Below are positions 18,700 through 28,577 of a stretch of DNA of 64,000 bases, piece by piece. This DNA comes from an uncultured Muribaculaceae bacterium (GTDB taxonomy: Bacteria; Bacteroidota; Bacteroidia; Bacteroidales; Muribaculaceae), in assembly GCA_947627615.1 (NCBI GenBank), contig CANQWS010000005.1:26504-90503 (forward strand). The letters are read 5' to 3'. Under the pieces are notes generated by a model. It made no database searches. It was not told where the DNA came from and saw only the letters and a list, made by a program, of their open reading frames with translations. The number at the start of each line of letters is the position of its first letter. The stretch's first letter is position 1. The translations under genes were made by a program, and so were the position numbers.

Positions 18700-19133
18700 G
18701 ATTCAAGTCTGTTTCTGAGGGCTTCGATGGCCAGCCGGTAGCTGTCGAGGCCGAATCCGGCTATTACTCCCGCGCATACGGCTGTCAGCAGCGATGTATG
18801 GCGTATGGTCTCGCGTGCGGCGACATTGCTGATGTGCACTTCCACAACCGGAACATCGACGGCGGCTATGGCATCGGCTATGGCGAGCGACGTGTGGGTG
18901 TAGGCGCCTGCATTGAGCACTATTCCGTCGCAGCTCCCTCCGGGAGTGCCGCGGCGGTGTATTTCATCGATTATGGCGCCTTCGTGGTTGCTCTGGAAAT
19001 ATTCTATGGCAATGTCGGGATACCGGTCGCGGAGATCGCGGAGGCATTCCTCCATGCTTCTGGAGCCATAGATGCCGGGCTCGCGGCGCCCCAGGAGGTT
19101 CAGGTTGGGGCCGTTGATTATAAGCAGTTTCAT
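18696..19133 (-). CDS. aroQ: Type II 3-dehydroquinate dehydratase
   Basis: INGPNLNLLGRREPGIYG, QSNHEG, NAGAYTHTS, VEVHISN. Confidence 0.96.
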   Translation of the reverse strand: MKLLIINGPNLNLLGRREPGIYGSRSMEECLRDLRDRYPDIAIEYFQSNHEGAIIDEIHRRGTPGGSCDGIVLNAGAYTHTSLAIADAIAAVDVPVVEVHISNVAARETIRHTSLLTAVCAGVIAGFGLDSYRLAIEALRNRLES

Positions 19134-19135
19134 GA

Positions 19136-19414
19136 TTACGGTTCTATGGGGGTGGTTACAAGAAGCCAAACGGCTATGTGGGTCAGTATCATCAGCGCTA
19201 TCAGTATCCAGCTCATCACGCGGCGCTGCGGGTAGCACACGTAGGCCAGATAGGCGGCCGTGAGGCAGTAGAAAGGATAGATCCAGAGAAGGGTCCTGAC
19301 CGTCTGTATGTCAGGAGCGTTGGAAAGCAGCACCGGAAACTGGAACACGGGCAGCAGGACCACGATTATCAGCGCGGTCATCCACTTCGGCGTAGGCGGA
19401 ACGGGGCGGGTCAT
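19136..19414 (-). CDS. Small hypothetical membrane protein (about 3 TM)
   Basis: Hydrophobic 92-aa ORF tightly packed between its neighbours (overlap with the epimerase stop, 2-nt gap to aroQ). Confidence 0.75.
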   Translation of the reverse strand: MTRPVPPTPKWMTALIIVVLLPVFQFPVLLSNAPDIQTVRTLLWIYPFYCLTAAYLAYVCYPQRRVMSWILIALMILTHIAVWLLVTTPIEP

Positions 19415-20463
19415 TTACCGTGGCCCTCCCCTGCCTTCCGTTTTCCGTCGAGATAGGCCTCCACGGTCCGGCGGATGCCCTCTTCAAGCGGGAAACGGCA
19501 CCGGAAACCGAAATCGGCCACGGCGTCGCTCACGTCGCAGTCCCAGTTGCGCTGTTTCATGATTTTGAACTTGTCGCGGTTGAGGGTCGAGGGCTGTCCC
19601 TTCAGCGTGCCCCACTTCTCGGCGGCCACTGAAGCCACGTAGGCCATCCACAGGGGCAGGCGCAGGGGTATGACCCATTTGCCGCCGAGCGCGCGGGCCA
19701 CTATGCGGCGGAATTCGCTCTGGCTGTAGGCCCGGGGTTCGGAAATGATATATTTTTTCTTGAGGGTAGCCGGAGAGACCATGGCGTCGAACATGGCGTT
19801 GACAAGGTCTTCCACGTAGATGAACGTGAGCATCTGTTTCCTGTAGCCCACTCCGAAATCCAGATGGCGGTCAATCGATTCTATCATCATCAGATAGTCC
19901 CGCTCGTGCGGGCCGTAGACGCCCGTGGGGCGGAATATTGTCCAGGGAATGTCGGCGCAGGTTTCCAGACACGTCTCCGCCTTTATCTTCGACACGCCGT
20001 AGCGCGTGTTGGGCTGCGGAATGGAGCGCGAGGTCAGCGGGCTGTAGGTTTTCTCGTCGCCCGGTCCGAGGGCGCTCAGGGAGCTCATGTAGAGAAAACG
20101 GTCAGGTATCATGCCGGCCTGACGCAACGCCTCGGTGAAGTTGCAGAGATACAGATAGTTTATGCGGTTGAAATCGGCGAAGTTCACGCATTTGGTGGCG
20201 CCGAGATTGTAGATTATGTAGTCCCACCGCTCTCCTTCCGGAAGAGCGGCCCGCAGTTCCCGTGCCAGCGACGCTTCGTCGTCGTAATCGAGCACCACGA
20301 AATGGAGTTCGGGATCTGTGAGATATTTCCGCGATGTGCTCTCGCGCACCGCCACGTAGGTCTCATAGCCGCGACGAAGACTTTCAGCGGCGATGAAACC
20401 GCCGATGAAACCGCCGCCGCCCACAACCAGAAGACGCTTGCTGTTGTCAGAATTGTTTTTCAT
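19411..20463 (-). CDS. NAD-dependent epimerase/dehydratase (extended SDR)
   Basis: GGGGFIGG, YGVSK (YxxxK), RPTGVYGP. Confidence 0.9.
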   Translation of the reverse strand: MKNNSDNSKRLLVVGGGGFIGGFIAAESLRRGYETYVAVRESTSRKYLTDPELHFVVLDYDDEASLARELRAALPEGERWDYIIYNLGATKCVNFADFNRINYLYLCNFTEALRQAGMIPDRFLYMSSLSALGPGDEKTYSPLTSRSIPQPNTRYGVSKIKAETCLETCADIPWTIFRPTGVYGPHERDYLMMIESIDRHLDFGVGYRKQMLTFIYVEDLVNAMFDAMVSPATLKKKYIISEPRAYSQSEFRRIVARALGGKWVIPLRLPLWMAYVASVAAEKWGTLKGQPSTLNRDKFKIMKQRNWDCDVSDAVADFGFRCRFPLEEGIRRTVEAYLDGKRKAGEGHGK

Positions 20464-20559
20464 ACGGATGCAAAGGTAGTAAATAATAGTGATGAAATTT
20501 GTGATTTTCCGAAATTAAACAATTGTGATTGCCGAAGAATCATTATTTTTGTAGGTGAT

Positions 20560-21693
20560 ATGCATCTTGACCATCTTTCACTGACCAATTTCAAGAACAT
20601 CGCCGAGGCGCGTCTTGAATTTTCCCCGAAACTCAACTGTTTTCTGGGCAACAACGGCATGGGCAAAAGCAATTTGCTCGATGCCATTTTCTATCTGGGC
20701 GTTTGCCGGAGTTTCTCGGGAGTGACGGACAATATGCTCATCCGCCGCGACGAGGATTTCTGCATGGCCCGCGCGGTCTACACCCGCCGCGGAATTTCCG
20801 AGGAACTGACCCTCGGCATGGCCCGCGGAAAGCGCAAGAGCCTGAAACGCGCCGGCAAGGAATATTCGCGCCTGAGCGAGCACATAGGGCTTTTCCCTCT
20901 TGTCATGTCGGCCCCGCAGGACATTGAGCTGATACGCGGAGCGGGCGAGGAACGCCGCCGGTGGATGAACATGGTCATATCACAGAGCGACAAGAGGTAT
21001 CTCGATTCCCTCATCAGGTTCAACTCCGGTCTGGAACAGCGCAACCGTCTGCTCCGCGCCGGCATTGTGGACCACACTCTCTACGAGGCCATAGAGACGG
21101 TCATGGATGCGGCCGCGCGCTATATCCACGAAACGCGTACGCGGTGGGTGGCCGAACTGAGCGGACTGGCCGGCAGATACTATGCCGCCATAGCCGGCGA
21201 CGCGGCCGAGAGCGTGGGCCTGAATTTCCGCGGTTCGCTCGACAGCGACGGCGCGGGAGCTTCCGGAAGCCTGCTTGCGCTCCTTGACAGCGCCCGGCGT
21301 CATGACGAGATTGTGCGTCACACCTCGGTGGGACCTCATCGCGACGACATAGAGATCACGCTTGACGGCATGCCCATGCGGCGCACCGGTTCCCAGGGCC
21401 AGTGCAAGACATTCACCACGGCGCTGCGTCTGGCGCAGTACGATTTCCTTCACCGGGCCACTGAGTTGCGTCCGTTGCTTTTGCTTGACGATGTGTTCGA
21501 CAAGCTCGACAGCTCCCGCGTGGAGCGGATAATGGAGCTTGTGACCGGCGATGATTTCGGACAGATTTTTGTCACGGACACCAACCGGAAGCATCTCGAC
21601 GAGATAATGGACCACACTGCGGGCGATTACGCCATGTGGAGTGTGAGTCTTGGTAATTTCACGCCTATAACCACCCGGGAGAAAGCAGAATGA
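20560..21693 (+). CDS. recF: DNA replication/repair protein RecF
   Basis: LTNFKN, Walker A GNNGMGKS, VGPHRDD, GSQGQ, LLLDD. True start ATG 20560. Confidence 0.96.
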   Translation: MHLDHLSLTNFKNIAEARLEFSPKLNCFLGNNGMGKSNLLDAIFYLGVCRSFSGVTDNMLIRRDEDFCMARAVYTRRGISEELTLGMARGKRKSLKRAGKEYSRLSEHIGLFPLVMSAPQDIELIRGAGEERRRWMNMVISQSDKRYLDSLIRFNSGLEQRNRLLRAGIVDHTLYEAIETVMDAAARYIHETRTRWVAELSGLAGRYYAAIAGDAAESVGLNFRGSLDSDGAGASGSLLALLDSARRHDEIVRHTSVGPHRDDIEITLDGMPMRRTGSQGQCKTFTTALRLAQYDFLHRATELRPLLLLDDVFDKLDSSRVERIMELVTGDDFGQIFVTDTNRKHLDEIMDHTAGDYAMWSVSLGNFTPITTREKAE

Positions 21694-21980
21694 AACGTAC
21701 GGAGCCCAAATCCATAGCCGAGATAATCACCGAGAGCATAGAGAGCGCCGGCCTGTCGGACCTTGTGGCGGAACAGCGCGCCTGCTACCTGTGGCCCGAA
21801 ATCGTCGGGCCGGGGGTGAACCGCTACACTTCGCGCCGCTATGTTGAGCGCGGGGTGCTGCATGTCTACATCACCTCGGCGGCGCTTAAAAATGAACTGA
21901 CATTCAACCGCTCGGCTCTCGTGGATGTTATCAACCGTGCAGTAGGCTCCAAAGCCATAACCACAATAATGTTTCACTGA
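21690..21980 (+). CDS. DUF721/DciA family protein
   Basis: WPEIVG...GVLHVYITSAALKNEL; coupled to recF by ATGA overlap, a common neighbourhood. Confidence 0.85.
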   Translation: MKRTEPKSIAEIITESIESAGLSDLVAEQRACYLWPEIVGPGVNRYTSRRYVERGVLHVYITSAALKNELTFNRSALVDVINRAVGSKAITTIMFH

Positions 21981-21985
21981 GACCT

Positions 21986-22462
21986 ATGACAAAACCCTCA
22001 TACCTTCATTCTGACAATCCCCGGGTCACCCCCGCCGACCATCCTTTCCGTCACTGCCAGCCCGTGCAGATACGCTTCACTGACATAGATATGCTCGGAC
22101 ATCTCAACAACAATGTCTATCTGATATTCATGGACCTTGCCAAAATCAACTATTTCGCGGCGGTGCGCGGCGCCCAGACCACAGCCCTTGAGCTGAACAT
22201 GGTGGTGGCGCATGTTGACTGCGATTTCCTCTCGCCCTCGTTCATGGGCGACAAGCTTGAGGTGTGGACCCGTACGGTCAGCATCGGCGACCGCAGCATA
22301 AGACTCGAACAGCGCATAGTTGACCGCCCTACCGGTGTGACCAAGTGCATAGGACGTACCGTAATGGCCGGCTATGACCCGGAAACGGCCAAAGGCGCTC
22401 CCATATCCGAACGCTGGAAGAAAGATCTGGAAACATTTGAACAGCATCCCCTCAGAAAGTGA
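21986..22462 (+). CDS. Acyl-CoA thioesterase (4HBT/YbgC hot-dog fold)
   Basis: IRFTDIDMLGHLNNNVY. Confidence 0.9.
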   Translation: MTKPSYLHSDNPRVTPADHPFRHCQPVQIRFTDIDMLGHLNNNVYLIFMDLAKINYFAAVRGAQTTALELNMVVAHVDCDFLSPSFMGDKLEVWTRTVSIGDRSIRLEQRIVDRPTGVTKCIGRTVMAGYDPETAKGAPISERWKKDLETFEQHPLRK

Positions 22463-22471
22463 TTTGTGCCC

Positions 22472-23704
22472 ATGATTCAGACCATAAAAACACTTCTTGC
22501 CGAGACTTTCAGCGGTCCTGACCAGGCTCTGTTCATTGATCTGACAGTGCTGGCCGGAATAGCGGTGATTGCCGTGGCGGCCTATTTCATCACCAAGGGA
22601 CTGCTCTATCTGCTTGACAATGCGGTGCTTCGCACGCCCACCACGTGGGACGACGACCTGCTGAACCACCGTCTGCTGAAAGGCGTGGCGCAGCTTGCGC
22701 CCGCTCTCATAGTCAACTGGCTCCTGCCGAATTTTTTCGATGACACGAGCGCTCTCCATCACTGGACCAAGGTGCTCACGGCGTTCTATATCGTATGGGC
22801 CGTGGTCCATATCGTAAACGTGATTCTCTCGAATCTCTACGAGGCCATGTCACGGCGCCCTGCCATGAAGGCCTACGCCGTGAAGGGAGTGTTTCAGATG
22901 GTCAAGCTAATCACCATAGGCCTGGGAGCCATCGTGGGGCTGAGTCTGCTGATCGGGAAGACGCCTGTGGCTATAGTCACGGCTGTGGGAGCCTCGGCCG
23001 CCGTGCTCATGCTCGTGTTCCGCGACACCATTCTGGGACTCGTGGCTTCCGTGCAGCTCACGGCCAACAAAATGCTCCACCGCGGTGACTGGATTGTGGC
23101 TCCGAAACATGATGTCAACGGCGAGGTCCTTGACGTGTCGCTGACCACGGTCAAGATCCGTAACTGGGACAATTCCATATCCACCATCCCGCCCTATTCG
23201 CTTGTGTCAGACTCGTTCCGCAACTATCAGGCCATGCGCGATTCCGGAGGCCGGCGCGTTGACCGCTCCATCCTGATTGACCTGAACACGGTAAGATTCC
23301 TTTCTGACGACGAGCTCAGGAGCCTCCGCAAGGAGGGCTTTCTTGAAGGAATCGATTGCTCAGGCAATGACCGGATTATAAATCTCGGACTGTTCCGGCG
23401 CTATCTCGAGCATTATCTCGCCACCTCGCCGCTCGTGCGGCAGGACATGCTGCGGATGGTGCGGCAGATGGAACCTACGGCTGCAGGCCTTCCGCTGCAG
23501 ATCTATTTCTTCACTCCCGTCACCGAGTGGCAGAGTTTCGAACGGATCCAGAGCGATGTCATGGACCATATCTATGCCTGTGTGTCGCGGTTTTCGCTTG
23601 CCATGTTCCAGTCTCCGGCCGGTACCGACATTCTGCGCATTGCCGAAAAAGACTCCGGCGCAAAACCGGAGGCGCCCCGGGAGTGTTTAAAAAATCATAG
23701 TTAA
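22472..23704 (+). CDS. mscS: Small-conductance mechanosensitive channel (YbdG/MscM-like)
   Basis: Multi-TM N-terminus; [43 protein letters not shown]. Confidence 0.9.
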   Translation: MIQTIKTLLAETFSGPDQALFIDLTVLAGIAVIAVAAYFITKGLLYLLDNAVLRTPTTWDDDLLNHRLLKGVAQLAPALIVNWLLPNFFDDTSALHHWTKVLTAFYIVWAVVHIVNVILSNLYEAMSRRPAMKAYAVKGVFQMVKLITIGLGAIVGLSLLIGKTPVAIVTAVGASAAVLMLVFRDTILGLVASVQLTANKMLHRGDWIVAPKHDVNGEVLDVSLTTVKIRNWDNSISTIPPYSLVSDSFRNYQAMRDSGGRRVDRSILIDLNTVRFLSDDELRSLRKEGFLEGIDCSGNDRIINLGLFRRYLEHYLATSPLVRQDMLRMVRQMEPTAAGLPLQIYFFTPVTEWQSFERIQSDVMDHIYACVSRFSLAMFQSPAGTDILRIAEKDSGAKPEAPRECLKNHS

Positions 23705-23724
23705 TCGAAATATTTCCAAACATT

Positions 23725-24159
23725 ATGTCATTCATCAAAGATTTCAAGGAGTTTGCCATGAAGGGCAACATCATCGACATGGCTGTCGGTGTAATCATCG
23801 GAGGTGCGTTCGGCGCCATTGTGAGTTCACTCGTAAATGACATCATCATGCCGGTTGTGTCGCTTGCCACGGGCGGCGACGGACTGAAGAACCTGAAGTA
23901 TGTGATAGTCCATGCCAAGGAAGCCGCACCCGATGTGGCCGCCGTGGAGGAAGTGGCTATCAACTATGGCGTTTTCATCCAGAACATTGTGGATTTCCTC
24001 ATCATAGCATTCTCCATTTTTGTGGCTCTGCGTGTGATCATGAAGTTCAAGCGCAAGGAAGCCGAAGCTCCCGCTCCCGCCCCGGAACCCACCAAGGAAG
24101 AGGTTCTTCTGACCGAAATTCGCGACCTTCTCAAGAAGCAGGCCGAAGACAAGAAATAA
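23725..24159 (+). CDS. mscL: Large-conductance mechanosensitive channel
   Basis: [32 protein letters not shown]. Confidence 0.97.
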   Translation: MSFIKDFKEFAMKGNIIDMAVGVIIGGAFGAIVSSLVNDIIMPVVSLATGGDGLKNLKYVIVHAKEAAPDVAAVEEVAINYGVFIQNIVDFLIIAFSIFVALRVIMKFKRKEAEAPAPAPEPTKEEVLLTEIRDLLKKQAEDKK

Positions 24160-24165
24160 CAGGGT

Positions 24166-24186
24166 AATCCCCCGTTAAGGGGGATT
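24166..24186. terminator. Hairpin between convergent mscL and rnhA
   Basis: aatccccc-gttaa-gggggatt perfect 8-bp stem. Confidence 0.6.
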
Positions 24187-24191
24187 TCGTC

Positions 24192-24836
24192 CTATTTACG
24201 GCCGAAATCCGCCGGTATCTCACCCCACTTTTCCGTATCCCATTTGAGGATGCGGTTGGTGGGGTTGTGTGTCTGCAGCCATGCTTCGGCTCGGGCCACC
24301 AGTGTGCGTATGCGCTCGTTTTCGGGCGTGGGCGCTATGGTGGTTTTCGCCTTGCGGTTGCGTACCCATGCCATTGCCGTGCGCGAATCGGAGTAGATGG
24401 CCACATCGCCGCGTCCGGCATTGGTCAGCATGGCCAGCGCGTGGACAATGGCGAGAAACTCGCCCATGTTGTTGGAGCCGCCCTGCAGCGGCCCTACATG
24501 AAACAGCTGCTTTCCTGTGGCCACGTCCACTCCCTGATACTCCACCGGTCCGGGGTTGCGGCTGCATGCCGCGTCGACGGCTATGGAACCCTGCACTATC
24601 TCCGGAATGGCCGAATAATTGACTATGGGCTTCCGGTTCGAGGCCATTGCGCGGAATATGTTCATGTAGTCATCGGGATTGCCGCGATAGGCCATCACGG
24701 CTTCCTCCTGGGAGTCAAAGCTTTTGTATCGTGCTCCGGGGAAGTTCTCGGTCTGCAGCTTGCATTCGTCCCATGAGTCATAGACACCGGGCGAATGTCC
24801 GGCCCAGACAACGTAGAATTTGCGTCGGCGTGCCAT
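24192..24836 (-). CDS. rnhA: Ribonuclease HI with N-terminal viroplasmin (hybrid-binding) domain
   Basis: FYVVWAGHSPGVYDSWDEC; VDAAC, NNMGEFLA, IYSDS, EIPADFGRK. Confidence 0.92.
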   Translation of the reverse strand: MARRRKFYVVWAGHSPGVYDSWDECKLQTENFPGARYKSFDSQEEAVMAYRGNPDDYMNIFRAMASNRKPIVNYSAIPEIVQGSIAVDAACSRNPGPVEYQGVDVATGKQLFHVGPLQGGSNNMGEFLAIVHALAMLTNAGRGDVAIYSDSRTAMAWVRNRKAKTTIAPTPENERIRTLVARAEAWLQTHNPTNRILKWDTEKWGEIPADFGRK

Positions 24837-24843
24837 GCGGTTG

Positions 24844-26034
24844 TCAGCTTAAGGTTAGGAAAATGCGAATGTCTACGGCCCTGCGGTTGAAAATGCCGGC
24901 TACCTGCCTGTTGACGATTTTGCCGAGGAATGTCAGGGCGGCGCATTGCAGGCCAGGCTGCAGATTGAGCGCGTGGCTCACTCCCTCGCATGTCACCAGT
25001 GAGTAGAACATGGTGGCGAAAGTGTTGCTCAGGGCCATTGCCGCCGTGCGTGCAGCGGCGCTTCCGGCGTTGATGTAGCATGCCCGCGAGGGTTCGGTGG
25101 GAGAGATGTCCAGAGGCGATGCGAGGGCCAGGTCAATGGTGGGCAGCGACGGAAACGCTTTCCCGGGATCGGCGGTGAGGTCGAATATTATCACGCCGCG
25201 TTTCATCTCGGCTATGGCGTCGGAATCGAATCTGGGTGCCGGGCTGACGGAGGTGTACACCACTACGTCGGCCGTGCGCAGGGCATTGGCCAGCACCCGC
25301 GGATGCATTGCCGAGGCCACGACGCTCGGTCCGAGAACCCGTGTGGATTCGCGCAGGCGGTAAATATCATTGTCAAACATGCGCACGAGCGCGCCGGCTC
25401 CCGAGGCTGAACGCGCTGCCGAGCATGCGCCTATGCCGCTTCCTATGATGGTAACCTCGCATGGTCCCACTCCTGCCACTCCGCCGAGCAGGATGCCTTT
25501 GCCGTGGACCGAGTCGGCGAGGAATGACGATGCCCGTGCCATGGCCGCGCGGCCGTCGATTTCGGCAAGAATGTCGGCAAACGGGGTGTTGCCGCGTTCG
25601 TCGCGTATGAGGTCTATGGCGAGCGTTATTATGTTCCTTTCGAGCAGTGCCTGAAGGGTCTCGGCGCTGAGGCGGTTGAGGGAGAGAAGTGTAAGCAGCA
25701 GGGCGCCGCGGCACAGATGCCTGATGTCCGAGCGGTCAAGCGGGGCCAGATGTATCACTATGTCCGAGGCGAGAGCTTCGTTGCGGCCGCATACGCTGGC
25801 GCCGGCCGAGATGTACTGGTTGTCGGTGTAATGGATTGAATCGGCTGCTCCGCTCTCCATCCTGATGGTGAATCCCTGCTCTATGAGCATCCGCGCTCCT
25901 TCGGGCGTCAGCGGAAAACGCCGTTCGGCCGGGTCAAGGCATTTGGGAAGACCTATTGAAAACAGCCTTCTGTGGGATGACTCAGCGGCCTGCTGCTCCA
26001 TCGGCACGGGGGTGGTGTCTGGTGTGGGAGTCAT
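24844..26034 (-). CDS. Alanine dehydrogenase/PNT-family protein with degenerate catalytic motifs
   Basis: IGLPK...ERRFPLTP, ESGA, GILLGGVAGV, MKRGVIIFD, RTAAMALSN. Start set at MTPTPD, which overlaps the aroK stop. Confidence 0.8.
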   Translation of the reverse strand: MTPTPDTTPVPMEQQAAESSHRRLFSIGLPKCLDPAERRFPLTPEGARMLIEQGFTIRMESGAADSIHYTDNQYISAGASVCGRNEALASDIVIHLAPLDRSDIRHLCRGALLLTLLSLNRLSAETLQALLERNIITLAIDLIRDERGNTPFADILAEIDGRAAMARASSFLADSVHGKGILLGGVAGVGPCEVTIIGSGIGACSAARSASGAGALVRMFDNDIYRLRESTRVLGPSVVASAMHPRVLANALRTADVVVYTSVSPAPRFDSDAIAEMKRGVIIFDLTADPGKAFPSLPTIDLALASPLDISPTEPSRACYINAGSAAARTAAMALSNTFATMFYSLVTCEGVSHALNLQPGLQCAALTFLGKIVNRQVAGIFNRRAVDIRIFLTLS

Positions 26035-26597
26035 TGTGTGGGGTCGGTTGTAGGGTGATTGTCGGCGCACTGCGGAATGAACCGGCTGATGAAGTCGGCA
26101 ACGGTCTCTGCAATCTGTTGCCGGGACTCGAGTCTGTCGGAAGGGAAAAAGTGTGACGCTTTGGAATAGAACGGCATGCGGCGTCCGATTGATTCCTCGA
26201 TGAATGCGCCGAGCCGGGCATCGTCCATCGAGGCTATGAGCGGCCGGCGCCGGCGTCCGGCAAGCAACCGCCGCAGCAGGGTCTCGTGGGTGGCCGTGAG
26301 CATCACGGTCAGCCCGTGGGCGTTCATCCGGTCCATGTTGTCGAAGAAGCATGGCGTGCCGCCGCCGCAGGCCACTATCACGTCCTCGAAATCGCTGACT
26401 TCGTGGAGCATTCTGCGTTCTATGTCACGAAATCCGTCCTCTCCGCGGCTGGCGAAGATGTCTCTTATGTTGGAGTGGTAGCGCACCTCAATGTAGGAGT
26501 CAAGGTCAATGAACTGGTAGCCGGTGGCGGTTGCCAGCGCGCGGCCCAGAGTTGACTTGCCGCTGCCCATGAATCCTATGAGGAAAATCGGTTGCAT
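26031..26597 (-). CDS. aroK: Shikimate kinase
   Basis: LIGFMGSGKSTLG, DLD, FRDIE, ACGGGTPCF, RRPL. Confidence 0.95.
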   Translation of the reverse strand: MQPIFLIGFMGSGKSTLGRALATATGYQFIDLDSYIEVRYHSNIRDIFASRGEDGFRDIERRMLHEVSDFEDVIVACGGGTPCFFDNMDRMNAHGLTVMLTATHETLLRRLLAGRRRRPLIASMDDARLGAFIEESIGRRMPFYSKASHFFPSDRLESRQQIAETVADFISRFIPQCADNHPTTDPTQ

Positions 26598-26658
26598 CGT
26601 TTATTAATATCCACAAAAATAGATAAAATTTGCGAAACTATTGTTATTTTTGTGCGAT

Positions 26659-27807
26659 ATGATTAACCCAGGCCTGAGTCCGCGTAATATTATCGTCGCA
26701 TGCAATCCGTTCAAGGGGTCGTTGACGGCACCGGAAGTCTGTGATGCCGTGTGTCGCGGAATCAGTGCCGCCCCGCCCTCCTGTGAGGTTACGGCTATGC
26801 CCGTGGCCGACGGCGGTGACGGCACGGCCGCCGTTATGACTCAGGCCCTTGGCGGCCGCATGGTGACGGTTGCCACTGTCGATGCCTCCGGACGTCCCGT
26901 TGAGGCCCGCTACGGCCTCATCGCCCCGTACATGGCGGTCATAGAGCTTGCCTCGGCCTCGGGGCTCGGGCTGATAGCTCCTGACGAGCGTGACCCGCTG
27001 CGCTTTTCAACGTTCGGCACCGGCCTGATGATAGCTGATGCCATCGGCAGAGGTTGCCGCAGGATAGAGCTTTGTGTAGGCGGAAGCGCCACCAACGATG
27101 CCGGCACCGGAATACTCGCGGCCCTCGGTTTCCGCTTCACGGATGCCGCCGGCAACGTTCTGGAGCCTTGCGGAGCTTCCCTTTCCGCTATCGAAAAGAT
27201 AGATTCTTCGGCGTCACTGCCGCAGTTGCATGACTGCACGTTCACCGTGGCGTGCGACGTGGACAATCCTTTCTGCGGCCCTCATGGCGCCGCATGCGTC
27301 TATGCCCCTCAGAAAGGTGCCGATGAGGAAGCCGTAAGGCGGCTTGACGACGGTATGTGTCGGTTTGCCCGGCTCCTGAAGGAATGTTATGGAACGGATG
27401 TCCTGTCCCGTCCCGGGGCGGGAGCGGCAGGAGGGACAGCCGGGACGCTGGTTGCCGTTCTGGGGGCGCGGCTCGTTCCGGGCGCGCGGATGGTGCTCGG
27501 CGCTCTTGGTTTCGACGAGGCCATGCGGAGCGCCGACCTTGTGATTACCGGCGAAGGTTGCATGGATGCGCAGACTCTGCATGACAAGGCTCCTATGGCA
27601 GTCATGCGTCAGGCTGTGGAGGCCGGAGTGCCTGTTATAGGGATAGGCGGCCGCATAGACTCGTCCGAGGCTCTTCTGCGGTCCGGTTTCTCGGATCTTA
27701 TAGAGGTCTCTCCGCGCGAAATGTCCCTCTGCGAGGCCATGAGGCCAGAGGTTGCACGCGGCAATATTTCAGGTTCAGTTGCAAATTATTTTCAGAAATT
27801 CAGATAA
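26659..27807 (+). CDS. glxK: Glycerate kinase (GlxK/GarK family)
   Basis: PFKGSL, PVADGGDGT, GGSATNDAG, GAGAAGG, ITGEG. Confidence 0.92.
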   Translation: MINPGLSPRNIIVACNPFKGSLTAPEVCDAVCRGISAAPPSCEVTAMPVADGGDGTAAVMTQALGGRMVTVATVDASGRPVEARYGLIAPYMAVIELASASGLGLIAPDERDPLRFSTFGTGLMIADAIGRGCRRIELCVGGSATNDAGTGILAALGFRFTDAAGNVLEPCGASLSAIEKIDSSASLPQLHDCTFTVACDVDNPFCGPHGAACVYAPQKGADEEAVRRLDDGMCRFARLLKECYGTDVLSRPGAGAAGGTAGTLVAVLGARLVPGARMVLGALGFDEAMRSADLVITGEGCMDAQTLHDKAPMAVMRQAVEAGVPVIGIGGRIDSSEALLRSGFSDLIEVSPREMSLCEAMRPEVARGNISGSVANYFQKFR

Positions 27808-27820
27808 TCGATTCAATGAT

Positions 27821-28462
27821 ATGCAGGACAGCTTTCTCTTTATAATCGAAATGATAGGCACCGCGGCATTCGCCGTGAGTGGAATCAGGCTCGCCGCCGG
27901 AAAACGCTTCGACTGGTTCGGAGCCTATACCGTGGGCCTTGTGACGGCCATTGGCGGCGGTACACTGCGTGATGTTTTGCTTGACATTCCGGTATTCTGG
28001 ATGCAGGACGGATGGTATCTCGGAGTGACGGCCCTGTGCCTTGTGGCGGTCATCGTGTTCCGCAGTTTCCTTGTGAGCCGTGACAAACTTCTGTTTTTGT
28101 TCGACAGCATAGGACTTGCCCTTTTCTGCGTCATAGGCATCGAGAAAAGCCTCTCGATAGGCTATCCCATGTGGGTTGCCGCCGTAATGGGCATCATCAC
28201 GGGAGCGTTCGGCGGTGTGCTGCGCGATATACTCATCAACGAGGCTCCGCTGATATTCCGCACCGACCTCTACGCCACGGCCTGTCTGGCCGGCGCCATG
28301 GTCTACTGGATAGTGCTTCTGGCCGGAGGCACAACCGTAGCCCAGGGCCTGAGCTGTGCGGCCACGGTGATACTTCTCCGCTACGTCACGCTGAAGTTCA
28401 ATCTGTCACTCCCAGTGCTCGGCACTCCCCCTTCCGACCGTTTCCCCGACTCCCGCAAATAA
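27821..28462 (+). CDS. TRIC/UPF0126 (YadS-like) membrane protein
   Basis: Internal repeat: FAVSG...TAIGGGTLRDV and DSIGLA...TGAFGGVLRDIL. Confidence 0.9.
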   Translation: MQDSFLFIIEMIGTAAFAVSGIRLAAGKRFDWFGAYTVGLVTAIGGGTLRDVLLDIPVFWMQDGWYLGVTALCLVAVIVFRSFLVSRDKLLFLFDSIGLALFCVIGIEKSLSIGYPMWVAAVMGIITGAFGGVLRDILINEAPLIFRTDLYATACLAGAMVYWIVLLAGGTTVAQGLSCAATVILLRYVTLKFNLSLPVLGTPPSDRFPDSRK

Positions 28463-28577
28463 CTACCCGATAAGAACAGATGAAGGCGATAGTAAGGGTA
28501 GATATTTCAGCGGTTATATGCAAATTTGGGGGATAAGAGTTGATATATCTGCGCTTATTAAGAGCTCTAATCGGTGC

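Noticed and set aside
19864-20559. 232-aa N-terminal extension making a 609-aa RecF
   Set aside because: It overlaps the epimerase on the opposite strand; RecF homology and a promoter element both point to ATG 20560.
26035-26352. N-terminal extension of the AlaDH-like ORF (502 aa)
   Set aside because: It lies inside aroK in another frame and is low-complexity; the start at 26034 gives a normal 4-nt overlap.
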